From assembly GCA_030324005.1 (NCBI GenBank), contig JARDVH010000115.1, positions 41,696,734 to 41,760,733 of the forward strand: 64,000 nucleotides of DNA, in the 5' to 3' direction. Source of the DNA: Negaprion brevirostris. Its lineage: Eukaryota. Below, in pieces: positions 1 to 12,410 of the stretch. The notes under the pieces were generated by a model, which was given only the letters and a program-made list of their open reading frames with translations, had not been told where the DNA came from and made no database searches. Position 1 is the first letter of the stretch; every line of letters starts with the position of its first letter. The position numbers were made by a program, and so were the translations under genes.

Positions 1-329
1 AGCTGGTTAGAACGCACACAACTCCATGTTCTGCTACTCCTGCAGTTCACAATACTTCCGATTTGTCACTTGAAATGGAAATGGTGGTAGAGCAAGTCCA
101 CCTGCTGGATAACGAGAATTATTTTGTTTGTTGAAGAATGCCATTATCATCTGAAATTGATTGCATATTACAGCACTGACAAGGAATCAATAAGGTGCTT
201 TTAGAAGAGAATTTGATAACTTGCTATTATGACCAAATCTGCCCCTCAGGAAAATTTTGTGCTGCTGTGGCCATTTGGAGCTGTGCTTAACTGATTTAAG
301 GAGTCATTAAATTATTAATTCATAGTTCC

Positions 330-441
330 TTCACTGTTGCTGATCCAAACCTGGAAGTCCGTTTCTAACTGCACTGTGGGTGTTCCGGCAACAGTGGCCT
401 AGCCAGCAACACCCACGCCCTACGAACAGATACATAAAAAA
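330..441 (+). mobile_element. LINE/SINE 3' tail remnant (same tail as 53440-53810 and 41890 elements)
   Basis: ggcctagccagcaacacccacgccc followed by an A-rich end. Confidence 0.5.
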
Positions 442-699
442 GATAAATGTAATAGCATCACTGCTTACTGAAAGAGTTAGCATTTTAAACCATTTCCCTA
501 GTCCATTTTAACGTTTTGTTTTCATCTATTCAACTCCAATTTTAAAAGCTATTATAATTATGCTTTCAAAACGTTGCAGGATGTTCCAACATGTTGCATT
601 TAATAAAAATTCTCGATTCTCCCCTTTGAAGTGAATTTAAAAAAAAATGGGCTGCAGAATCTTTGTTTTTTCATAATTGGGAGTTAATGGGTTAGTTTG

Positions 700-2530
700 G
701 GGTTATGATGTTATGATAATGGAAACTAACTCAAAGGAGGACAGGACTCGGCACTAAATATTCCTGGATACAAGATTTTCAGAAAAGAAAGGAATGGAAT
801 GAAAGGATGAGAGGATCAAAACAAAGCTGGACGGAGGATGTCTCAATTGGGTTGAGAACGGAATCTGTTTGACTAGAACTAAGAAACAATAAGGTACCAT
901 TACATTGCTCAGTATGTTCTATTGGGAAGGATGTAGAGGGGAAAATTTGCCTCAATCATTCATGCAATAATTATAAATTAAATCGTTTGTGGGGGACATC
1001 ATTTCTCCTTAAAGCTACTGGAATGATAGCATAAAGAGTAGGGCAAGAATTCCTAGAATGTATCTCAGGAAAATTTTCCATATCCGTATGTTTTGAATCC
1101 AATGAGAAAGGAGACTTTGCTAGATTTCGTTATTGGGAATGACGTTGGCCAAGTGAATGAAATGTCAGTAGAGGAACATTTGGAGGGCAGTGATCGTTGT
1201 ACTATATCTTAAGGTTTAACTTTGCATTGCTTCTTGCCCTATTCAACAGCTGAGCAAGAATAATTGAAGTGCAAACTTCAATGGAGAAAGAATGAATCTG
1301 TGTCTCAAATTGGAGTCTTGGATTGACAGGCAATGTGTTGCCTTAAAATGGTTGTACCTTGATGGTTCAGTTTCCTTCTCATGAGAAGGAGAAAGCATAG
1401 GATGAACAAATGGCAAAAGGAATTAACAATAAGATGAAACAGAAAAAGGGTGCATAGACATGTCAGTTGGATAATACAAGTCAGAATCAAGTTCCATGTA
1501 GGAGTTTGAGGGACATTGAACAAAAAAAATTATGAAAACAGCTAACGTAAAAGGGAATCCAGAAGTCTTATACAGACAAATAGCAAAAGGGTGGTAAAAG
1601 GAAGAGTAGAGTCAATTTTGGACTCAAAAGGGGATTTGTCCATGGAGGCAGGGTGCGTGGCTAAAGCATTAAATGATAATGTTACATCTGTCCTTATCAA
1701 GGAAGAAGGTACTGCCCACGTAATGGTGAAAAATTAGGTAGTTGAGACACTTGGGCTTAAAATTGAAAAGGAGACAATTAGGTCGACTGTCTGCACTTAA
1801 AGATCAAGTCTCCAATTTTGGTTGAAATCCATCTAAGGATACTAAGAGAAATAAAAGTGAAAGTTATGGAGGCATTTGTCCCCAGTCCAAAGTTATGCAG
1901 GTTAGGTGACTTGGCCATGGTAAATATCTGGGGTCACAGGGGTAGTGACAGGGAGAGGGCCTGGGTAAGATGCTCTGTCAGAGTCGGTGCAGACTCAATG
2001 GGCCAAAGGGCCATCTGCACTGTAGGGATTTTGTGATTAATTTTCTAAATCCTTCTTGGGTATAAGGTGGTGTCAGAGAGCTAGAGAATAACAAATGATA
2101 CCCCCTAGTTTTAAAGAATGAACTGAGTACTTCAGGTCAGTCAGTTTAATCTCTGTGGTGGTGCGGTTTTTTAGAAATGATGATTTGGGTCAAAATTAAA
2201 AGTCACTTGATCAAATGGAGGTTAATTTAGGAAAACTGGCACAGAATTGCTCATGGCAAATTGTGTCTAACTAGCTTGCTTGAATCTTTTGAGGTAATAG
2301 ATGAAGGTATTGCTACTCTCGTGGGATACGTGAACTTTCAAAAGGCATCTGATACAGTGCTACACAACAAATCATGACCAAAGTTATAGCTCATGGAATA
2401 AAAGTGACAGCAGCAACCAAGTTGGCTAAGACTTTGGTGCACAGGGCACAATGTCACAGTTTGCAGATAATGTAGAATTTTGAAGTATTGAACTGAGGTG
2501 GATGGTTTTAAACTTCAAAAGGGTACAGAC
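700..2530 (+). mobile_element. Degraded CR1-clade LINE (endonuclease to RT)
   Basis: Decayed motifs LNIPGYKIFRK-R, LDFVIGN, EHLEGSD, YVNFQKASDTVLH, FADN. Confidence 0.8.
1878..2037 (+). mobile_element. HE1-like SINE fragment nested in CR1
   Basis: cagtccaaag..tgcaggttaggtgacttggccatg and tail ggtgcagactcaatgggccaaagggcc..ctgcactgtagggatt. Confidence 0.75.
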
Positions 2531-3769
2531 AGGTTGGTGAAGGGGATATATAATATAGTTAATCTTTTCTTGTTTAATAGAAGTTTTATTGTTAAAAGTA
2601 TATCAGCAGACTCTGACTCCGTTCAGTAGCTGCTCTCATGTTTCTAAACAAAAAAATAAATGTTAGGCTCTAAGTTCCACCCTAGGACACGTCTTATAGT
2701 AAAACCAGCTGGGATCATAACACTAGGAAGTGTATCCCTCTGGAACTGATGTTTTTCCCTCNNNNNNNNNNNNNNNNNNNNNNNNNNNNNACCTCTAGTC
2801 TGGACTTCCTAGATTGCTGAATGTCAACTTTGCCTCAGTCCCTACATCTGGTTCATCTGCTGCTGTGCCTTTGTCACTGCAATAATTTTTGACACATGAA
2901 GAATTTCTGTATACAACACTCCTTCTGGCAACTGCACAGTCACACCATTTCCCGTCTTGGCATAGACAGTGTATAGCTTGAGGTAAAATGGCATATCCAT
3001 CTTACTCGATGCTTCCATCTCAGCAGTAGTCCATCACCGGACATCACATCAACACCATCATGATCTCAAATCTCCTGATCAGCCTTCTTGCTCTGGTATA
3101 TGTGTGTTTTGCATTCAAGTAAGTCTTGCCATCATAGTGTGTGGAGTTGCTCTATTGGTAGGTACATGTGGCAGCAATGCCTCCTTTTCCCTCAGCCTGA
3201 ACAATCCTTAGTCATTTATCTAGGGATTGGATTTGTCATTCCACTTCCCTATTTGCCTGTGGCCAGATAGGGGTTACTCTTACGATGATTGCCTGTGACT
3301 TGCAGGTANNNNNNNNNNNNNNNNNNNNNNNNNNNNNNNNNNNNNNNNNNNNNNNNNNNNNNNNNNNNNNNNNNNNNNNNNNNNNNNNNNNNNNNNNNNN
3401 NNNNNNNNNNNNNNNNNNNNNNNNNNNNNNGTTTTGATTTCTCCCTTATTATAAATGGTAGCAATTGATGCCAAACAGCAATTTTTTGCTTCAGTAAGGT
3501 CCACAATGAGTGACAGAAGTTGCCACTACCTTTGAACCAGAATGAAGCTCCAGCTGGTAGTATCCCCACTTTTTAAGTCTAATTTGGAAAATACCTTGTT
3601 GACAACTGTTTGCCCACAGTGCAAAATGGGTGACGTTCTCTTATAACTTTATGCACCTGTCCCATGTCAACACAAGAATCTAATGCTACCATTTGGTTTA
3701 AACCTGATGATGACAAAACTGACTCATGATGTTGGTCCTTTACTTGGCTCTGTGATGTCTTCGTTAATC

Positions 3770-4018
3770 AATTATTCAAATCTTTGCCTCAGATTTCTCC
3801 CGCAAAACAAAAGATGCTTTGCTTTTATTCCAATTCAATCCAATCAAGTCCAATTCAGACTCAACAAGTTGAGACATTCCCGATCCAAGCTGACAAGACA
3901 GGGCTCTTATTTCCTGTCTTAGCTTGGATCATGTTGATCAAACCCAATTGGAGTAGGCATTGGTCCTCCTCCAAGGCTTGATCTCATTTGCAGCTTAGCC
4001 AAAAGGCCGAGATGCAAC
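3770..4018 (-). mobile_element. U2 snRNA-headed element or 5' U2 pseudogene fragment
   Basis: Reverse complement of 3994-4012 is TCTCGGCCTTTTGGCTAAG (U2 nt 7-25), then AGATCAAG after a 9-nt insert; strong hairpin 3882-3930; distal boundary uncertain. Confidence 0.6.
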
Positions 4019-4584
4019 CTTTTAAAAATTGCTTCAAATGAACCTGAAATGTAACCTAATTACTCCAACCAAGCACAGCATGTAAATACCACACTTAGGG
4101 TGAGTTATAGGTTTCACATTGTTATTAGTGGTTAACCTTACTTGACAGTTGCGTAACTTCACAATTNNNNNNNNNNNNNNNNNNNNNNNNNNNNNNNNNN
4201 NNNNNNNNNNNNNNNNNNNNNNNNNNNNNNNNNNNNNNNNNNNNNNNNNNNNNNNNNNNNNNNNNNCACAATTCCTTGAAACACCTGAGTTTTGCATAGG
4301 ATTTTGCAGTATTAATTTTCTTTGCTCAGAAGAGGCTCAGTATCCTCATCGATCACCACAACTCTTTTACCTCTAGCTTCTGATCCCCCAACTCTCATAT
4401 CTGTAATGAGGCAACAACAGTTTGAAGCGGGATTTGAAATAAGGATAGGGCTTTTGACATATTTTCAAGACATATATTTGATTCTCTTTGATTTTGGTTC
4501 TACTCACAGTTGTCAAAATAATGCCACTTCCTGAATCTGCAAGCATGTTCACTTTAACACTACTGGCAATCTTTAATATTTGAT

Positions 4585-5600
4585 TTATTATTGTATTAGG
4601 ATACAGTGAAAAGTATTGTTTATTGTGCACTATACAGGCAAAGCATATCGTACACAAAGACTGGAGCGAGTGCAAGATGTAGTGTTAGAGTTATAGCTAG
4701 GGTATAGAGAAAGATCCACTTAAGGTAGGTCCATTCAAAAGTCTCGGCAGCAGAGAAGAAGCTGTCTTTGAGTCAGTTGGTATGTGATCTCAGACTTTTG
4801 TATCTTTTTCCNNNNNNNNNNAGAAGAAGGTGGAAGAGAGTATGTTCGAGGTGCGTGATGTTCTTGAACTACTGGCTTCTTTTCTGAGGCAGCAGTAAGT
4901 GTAGGTGGTGTCGATGGATGGGAGGTGGAATGGCTCCTCCGTAAGGATAAAGAAAAGAATGAGGAGCAGTTATTAGCCTAGGACCCCAGGCGGCTGAGGG
5001 AGAGAATGTTTTCGGAGTTTGCCACATCTTTGCTTCCTTCAATGATACTTTTGTCCATGTCACAGACCTGCCTGGCAAGGAAACCATCTGCTGTGTCACC
5101 GGAAGGATGAAGGTGAAGGCAAACAGAGAAGAGTCCTCCCTGTATGCTGCCACGTTGGCTGCTCAGGGCATGTCTGAGATGCAAGGAGTTGGGCATCACC
5201 ACGCTACACATCAAACTGCAGGCCACTGGAGGCAACAGGATTAAGACCCCTGGACCCAATGCCCAGTCAGCTCAGAGCCCTAGCTCGCTCGATCTGGGAT
5301 GAAAATTGGCCAGATCGAGGCTGTCACTCCCATTCCGTCAGACAGCGCTCGCAGAAAGGGAGGTCGCTGTTTGTAAATGTTTTCTGTATGTGCCAGTATA
5401 ATAGAGTTCTGCTGGAAAAAAAATGGATGGGAGGCTAGTTTGAGTGATAGATGGAGCTTCATTCATGACCCTGTTTTTTTTTCAGTTTTCTGTGGTCTTG
5501 GACAGAGCAGGAGCCATCCCAAGCTGTGATACAACCAGAAAGAATGCGCTCTATGATGCATCTGTCAAAGTTGGTGAAAGTTGTGGCAGAACTTTCTTGT
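4585..5600 (-). mobile_element. Rex1/Babar-like LINE 3' part, interrupted by the RPS14 retrocopy
   Basis: Colinear with the 17848-18200 element on both sides of the retrocopy. Confidence 0.8.
4926..5423 (+). pseudogene. RPS14: Processed pseudogene of ribosomal protein S14 (uS11)
   Basis: Intronless; ATG 4930 to TAA 5376 with frameshifts; encodes [69 protein letters not shown]; poly(A) 5416-5423; 12-bp TSD atggatgggagg. Confidence 0.95.
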
Positions 5601-7114
5601 GGTTACTCCTGTTGACAGAAGCATCTTCAGCTTGTCACACAGTTGCACTACTTTCATCTTTCTTTCCTTTGTGGTTTCCCTGACCTTTGTTCATCTTCGC
5701 TTTTGCACTACTTGGCAAAATGGTCTTTGCCCCCACATTTTCTGCATTTCTTTCTCTTGGCAGGACCACAAACATCATCCATAGTGCCTCAAATTGTCAC
5801 ATCTGAAACACTGGCTGAAAACCTCTATCCTTGTTCGCAGCTGGGATTCTTTGCCGCTGGAGGTGATTGGATTTCTGGCTGGAAATCCAAATTCTTTGGG
5901 TAGTTATGAACAAAATCAGAGAATCTAACCCTGTCTGTCTTTTTTTTCTCAGGCATTTACATATGCCTAGATTCTGTTGCCCCACTCAACTTTTGTGCTA
6001 ACGGTGAAATCTAGGACCAAGTTTCATGTTGTAAAATTGTTCTTCCAATGCAGTTGCTACTTTCAAAGTGTCCTCCAGTATCAAGTCATTACCTCTTTCC
6101 AGCAGCTTTAGGCCTCAGCTTATTTGATTTGGAATGTTTGGTCACCTGATCTATTATCTGGCTCGTCAGATCTGTCACAACATAATTGCATCCTTCCAAC
6201 TGACATACCTGCCTCATAGGGCACAGAGGCTTCTGTTTTCCCCTCTTCTGTCTCATCTATTGAGAAATGTGCTTTTGTTATGCAAAATGCCACATCCCAC
6301 AATAGTTCTTTGAAATCTTTCATTATATGTTCATACTGTATGACAACATCCTTGGGACTCAACTGGACTTGTCACAAACATCCCCATTGGAAACATGGTT
6401 AATAAACTTGTGATGGAAGGATTTGACCCAGATCAGGTGGATATTTCGGGACAATATCTATGAACTGATTGTCTCCCAGGTGCCTTAGACAAGGGAAAGT
6501 GCTATTGGAAAAAGTGAATTTATTTGGAGGGTGGGTAGGGAGGTGTGAATTCTTTGAAGTAATGTTCTTGTTGCAATATGCCTTCACTGTAAATAATTGG
6601 AGAAAGAATGAAATTAGAGGGCACTAGTCGGTTAGTTCTGTTTTCAGCTGTGTGGCTACTGATAGTGACGATTGCCTTTGATGTTAAACACAAAGGGGGA
6701 CAATTTTGGTTTCTTTTTTGCTGCTTTGTGATGGAGATGTTAATCAGATACCACCTGATGTCCGTTCTCATTTTCAACCCAGTCCCCCTCCGTGATCCTT
6801 TTTTTTGCCTCCAATTTTGTACAACTTTTAGGCTTTCTCTTGTGTCTCTCCTGTTGAAAAAAAGTATTCAGAGAAACAACAAACAAAATAATGTAATTTC
6901 CCCAGCTTTTCATGTTTTGAGCATTGAAAAGTAATGGGTAGGGCTGTACTCATCTGGTCACTGGCACATGCCTGTTAATGCAAACATTAGCACTAAAAAT
7001 CCTTAGTTCTCTGGTACTGATAATCTCATAACTTAAGAACAAACTTAAGAGCAATATTTTAATATAAAACGTTTAATTTTGGAATTGAATTTAGAAAAAC
7101 GTTGAGGGTACATT

Positions 7115-7870
7115 TGTGAACAAAGAACAGCACAGGCTCTTCGGATCACCAAGTCTGTGTCGACACACGCCACTCTATTTTCTTGCCTCTATGTAGTACA
7201 TATCCCCCCCCGCTCCCGCCTATTCATGTACCTATCCAGATGCCTTTTGAGCGTTGTTATAGAATCTGCTTTCACCACCACCACTGGCATTGCTATCCTG
7301 TTTGGAAAAATTTGCCCCTTACATCTCTCTCAAACTTTCCCCCTCACTTTTAACCTATGCCCCCAAGGAATTGACCCTTCGAGTCTGTGGGGCCGGGGGG
7401 GGGAAAGAAACTGACTGTCCAAGCCTGTTACTGTATCACAGTCCAAAGATGTGCGGGTTAGGTTGATTGGCCATGCTAAGAAATTGCCCCTTAGCGCCCA
7501 GGGATACATAGGTTAAAGGGATTTGAAGGTATAATATGTAGGGATATGGGGGTAGGGCCTGGGTGGGATTGTGCTCGGTGCAGATTTGATGGGCCAAAGG
7601 GTCTCTTTCCGCACTGTAGGGTTTTATGATTCTATGAACCTCTATCAGGTCCCTCCTCATCCTCCGTGCTCCAGTGAAAACAATTGAAGCTTGTTCAACC
7701 TTTTCTTCTTAATCCATATCCTCCAAACCAGGCAACATCCTGATAAATCTCTCCTGCATCCTTTCCAATACATCCAACATGCTTCTGGTAGTGCGGCAAC
7801 CAGGATTATACACAAGACTCGAAATGCAGCCTAATCAAAGCTGCAACGTGATTTTCCATTTCCAATTCCT
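7115..7870 (-). mobile_element. CR1 LINE 3' end (probably resumes at ~9440-9620)
   Basis: Minus-strand MRRDLIEV and typical CR1 C-terminal/3'UTR sequence. Confidence 0.75.
7437..7636 (+). mobile_element. HE1-like SINE (5'-truncated) nested in CR1
   Basis: acagtccaaagatgtgcgggttaggttgattggccatgctaa...ccgcactgtagggttttatgattctatg. Confidence 0.85.
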
Positions 7871-8718
7871 NNNNNNNNNNNNNNNNNNNNNNNNNNNNNN
7901 NNNNNNNNNNNNNNNNNNNNNNNNNNNNNNNNNNNNNNNNNNNNNNNNNNNNNNNNNNNNNNNNNNNNNNNNNNNNNNNNNNNNNNNNNNNNNNNNNNNN
8001 NNNNNNNNNNNNNNNNNNNNNNNNNNNNNNNNNNNNNNNNNNNNNNNNNNNNNNNNNNNNNNNNNNNNNNNNNNNNNNNNNNNNNNNNNNNNNNNNNNNN
8101 NNNNNNNNNNNNNNNNNNNNNNNNNNNNNNNNNNNNNNNNNNNNNNNNNNNNNNNNNNNNNNNNNNNNNNNNNNNNNNNNNNNNNNNNNNNNNNNNNNNN
8201 NNNNNNNNNNNNNNNNNNNNNNNNNNNNNNNNNNNNNNNNNNNNNNNNNNNNNNNNNNNNNNNNNNNNNNNNNNNNNNNNNNNNNNNNNNNNNNNNNNNN
8301 NNNNNNNNNNNNNNNNNNNNNNNNNNNNNNNNNNNNNNNNNNNNNNNNNNNNNNNNNNNNNNNNNNNNNNNNNNNNNNNNNNNNNNNNNNNNNNNNNNNN
8401 NNNNNNNNNNNNNNNNNNNNNNNNNNNNNNNNNNNNNNNNNNNNNNNNNNNNNNNNNNNNNNNNNNNNNNNNNNNNNNNNNNNNNNNNNNNNNNNNNNNN
8501 NNNNNNNNNNNNNNNNNNNNNNNNNNNNNNNNNNNNNNNNNNNNNNNNNNNNNNNNNNNNNNNNNNNNNNNNNNNNNNNNNNNNNNNNNNNNNNNNNNNN
8601 NNNNNNNNNNNNNNNNNNNNNNNNNNNNNNNNNNNNNNNNNNNNNNNNNNNNNNNNNNNNNNNNNNNNNNNNNNNNNNNNNNNNNNNNNNNNNNNNNNNN
8701 NNNNNNNNNNNNNNNNNN

Positions 8719-9435
8719 AATATCAAGGGTAAGACTCTTAGCAGTGTAGAGGATCAGAAGGACCTTGGGGTCCAGGTCCATAGGACTCTTAAATCAGCCT
8801 CGCAGGTTGAGGATGTGGTTAAGCTGGTGTACTGGCCTTCATCAATCGAGGGATTGAGTTGAGGAGTCAGGAGGTAATGTTGCAGCTTTATAAGATCCTA
8901 GTCAGACCTTTCTTGGAATACTCTGCTCTGTTCTGGTCACCTCGTTACAGGAGGGATGTGGAACCTACTGAAAGGGTGCAGAGGAGATTTACAAGGATGT
9001 TGCCTGGATTGGGTGGCATGCCTTATGAGGATATGTTGAGGGAGTTTGGTCTTTTCTCCTTAGAGAGATGAAGGATGAGGTGTGACCTGATAGAAGTGTA
9101 TAAGATGTTGAGAGGTATAGATCAGGTGGATTCTGAGCCTTTTTCCAAGGGCTGGAATGGTTGCTACGAGAGGACACAGGTTTAAGGTGCTGGGGATTAG
9201 GTACAGAAGAGATGTCAGGGGTAAGTTTTTCACTCGGGTGGTGGGTAAGTGGAATCGGCTGCTGTCGATGGTGGTGGAGGCAAATTTGATAGTGTCTTTC
9301 AAGAGACTTCTGGATGAGTACATGAACTTAATAGAATTGAGGGTCATAGGTAAGCCTAGTAGGCTTGGATATCATTGGCACAACTTGTGGGCCAAAGGGC
9401 CTGTTTGTGCTGTAGTTTTTCTATGTTCTATGTTC
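8719..9435 (+). mobile_element. CR1 LINE 3' end
   Basis: LQLYKILVRPFLEYSALFWSPRYRRDVE..ERVQRRFTRMLPG; TRGHRFKV; (ttctatg)n tail. Confidence 0.92.
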
Positions 9436-11039
9436 CATTGCTAATAAGCCTATTCTCTTCCAGATTTACTACATCTTGTCTCCAAGAATTTTCTCCAATA
9501 ATTTCCCCACCTCTGATGTAGGACCCACAGGCCTGTAATTTCCTGGATTGTCTTGTCTGCCTGCCTTAAACAGAGGAACAAAGTTAGCTACTCTCCAATC
9601 CTCTGGAAACTTTCCCAATTTGAGAAAACCTCTAGTTGCTGTTGATCTGTGTCTGGCATGATCTAAAAATACTTGAAATGGATCCTAAGTGAAGAATAGG
9701 GATTTTCTTTGAGCGCTCACTTGTGCTTTTTTGGGTTACTGAAGACTTGAACCCATTTGCAGTACACTATCATTTTAATATAATGAAACTGAATTTGTAT
9801 TTTTAGTTGGCTATATAAACAGGTTTAGCATGCCCCCAGCAATAAGATAATAACCTCAACTGTTCTTGTCATCTTATGCCATGTCCCTGTATAATGGCAG
9901 CTATTGTATCGTCTATGTCTCTAAATGAAATTTATAATTATTATTGTATGGAGTTGTCACTTTAGTGTTTTGGGTTAAACAAAGACTGCAGCATAGCTGA
10001 GCCTATAAATAGCGCATTGCACATGACTAGCTTGGGGTTCGGCCAAGAGTAAGTACTGGACCTAAAATATTTTAGAACTCAAGTCGACAAATAGTTATTT
10101 TAGCGTACAAGAGTAACTTCTGAGGGGAATGGCTCGGAGGTAACTTCTGCAGCCCCAAAAAAACCACTTCCTAATTTCAGGATCTGTGGTGGAGTGAAAA
10201 CATGCTTTGTGGCTATGGCATGAATCTCTTTCTGACATATTTTTGGATGGGGTAAAATATAAGCACACAGTTTGCATTAGATATTTTTCTAAGTTGCTGA
10301 ATTCAGTCCTTCTGAAAGACCTTTGTGCTGATAGTCGAGTTTTGTTTTTGTTACTGAGTATATGTAGATGAGTGATGTGATTTGAAATGGTAACAAAACC
10401 TGTTGAAACTTTTAATAAAATTTTTTTAATGGTGAGCAAAATGTTGAATGGCAGTGTCATCCTGTGCCAATATGGAATTTTCAATTTATATTAGCCTGAG
10501 AGCTAGCTACTTTGCAAACCTGGTATCAAAATGAAGAAGTAACTTGATAAATAGAATATATATTTCATATCAACAGAAGTTTTAAAAAACTCAAGATTGA
10601 CTAGAGATGTATTCTATTAAAGAGCAACTATTATCCACTTTGAGTAAATGAACCTTTTTATTCTTGGTATGGAACATAATAGTCATTTTAATACATGTTT
10701 TCTGATGTACTGCCATGTAGTGATGTTTTGATGGGAACATTTGGATCCAGAGTAGAATAGCAAACAGGAGTGTATCAATTGCACACTGTTGTATAAAGCA
10801 GTCCTCCTCAAACTTTTCTGGTTAAGGGACCCCTTTTCAAATGGGTTAGTAACTGCAGCACCTGGCACTGCTGTTGATGTCAGCCTGGTTTGTGCTACTT
10901 CTCACAGACATCACATACATATTCCTTTTTTGAATCCGGTCGGCTTGTTCAGAATCCCATGGCACCCGGTGTAATTGTACCTTGTTTTGGCTCTTGCTTC
11001 CATTGCTCCTTTCTTTCCCAATAGAGTGTCTCAATTTTA

Positions 11040-11610
11040 ATGAACAGACACCTGGCTATATCTGCAGTATCACTTCTTCAAAAACAAGACAGACTGAGTG
11101 AGATCTTCCGGTCAGTGGTGGAAATTCCACCTTTGCTGTCTGTGGCACATTCAGGGTAAACCCTGATGGACAAAATCAGGAATATTTCAGTCCTCTCGGG
11201 AAAAACTCCCAAGTGTGTTGGCACTAGTCAAACAGAAGCAGCTTCGTTGGATTGAGCATATCTGCGCAATAGAAGAGAGCTGCATACCCAAGGAAGTTTT
11301 TTTTATGGTGGATAGATGGAACCAGATGACCCATGGGGTTGCTGAAGGTTTCACTTCCAAGGATGTTTACCATGACACCAAGGCCCTAAACATTGATTAT
11401 TGCACTTGGAATTCACTAGCTGAGGAAAGTGGGAAATAACAGCACCTCCTCTGGACTGACACGTATTATGACGAGTGGTTATTGCAGCTACGCAACAGTT
11501 GCTGAAAACAATAATCTACTGTCATTGGGCAGCTTCACATGTGATTTGTTGCAGAACCTGCATCTGAAGGATTAGCCTTCACAACTATCCACGAAGGTGC
11601 ACCAAATAAA
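11040..11610 (+). mobile_element. RTE-clade LINE 3' remnant
   Basis: QLRWIEHICAIEESCIPKEVFF resembles the RTE motif LRWxGHVxRMxDxRxPKxLxYG. Confidence 0.65.
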
Positions 11611-11699
11611 GATCCATTCTTCACTGGCGCACGCATGCACACACTTACACTCTCACACTCTCACTGTCACACTCACTCACTCACTCGCACTTGTGCTGT

Positions 11700-12410
11700 G
11701 AAGGACGCATTATTTTTAATTTAATTTGAAAAAGGTTGGTGATGCTGAGGAAGTGGGATTTGAAAACAAGGATGACAGTTTTAAAATTTGAGGCTCCTCT
11801 CGACTGGGTGCCTGTGTTGGCCAGTGAACACAGAATGATAGGTAAACTGGTGCAAATCAGGATATGAATAGAGAAGTTTTGGCTGGGTTTGAGTTTATGG
11901 AAGGTGGAAACTGGGAGATCATCCAAAAGAGTATTGGAACAGTGAAGTCTCGAGGCAACAAAAATAGGGATGAGGGTTTTGGCAACAAATTAGCCAAGGT
12001 ATTAAGCAGTGGTACAGAGATGAATGTAAGCAGTCTTGGTGGTGATCCAGATATGTGGTTTGTAGTTCATCTCTGCTTAAATTTGTCACCAAGGTTGTTT
12101 GGACAAAGAACAGAGTTGGTGATTGGGAGCCGAATTTGTGGCAAGGATTGAAGCCAATAGCTTCAGCTTTCCCAATATGTTATAGAAGCTTCTGCTCATC
12201 TGATACGGTATCTTGGATAAGTAGTCTCACTGGATATGGTGAAGGGGTTGAGACAGGTGTGAAGAGGTACAAATGGGAGTTACCTCTGTATATACATTTT
12301 GAATGATGGCATGAAAGGAGAGTATGTAGATGGGGGATGGTGGGAAGAGAAAGAGGGCTGAAGATAAATCCTTGAGGGATTCAACAAATACAACAACTCT
12401 GGGAATTGAG
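11700..12410 (-). mobile_element. Old L2-like LINE remnant
   Basis: Minus-strand NFKTVILVFK resembles the L2 ORF2 C-terminus; similar to 13200-13900. Confidence 0.6.

Noticed and set aside
4930-4945. RPS14 and DAAM1 both begin MAPRK
   Set aside because: Coincidence; the rest of the 4930 sequence is clearly RPS14, not a duplicated DAAM1 exon
7779-8781. Long ORFs of 200-317 aa (also 25921-26634)
   Set aside because: They consist almost entirely of N runs
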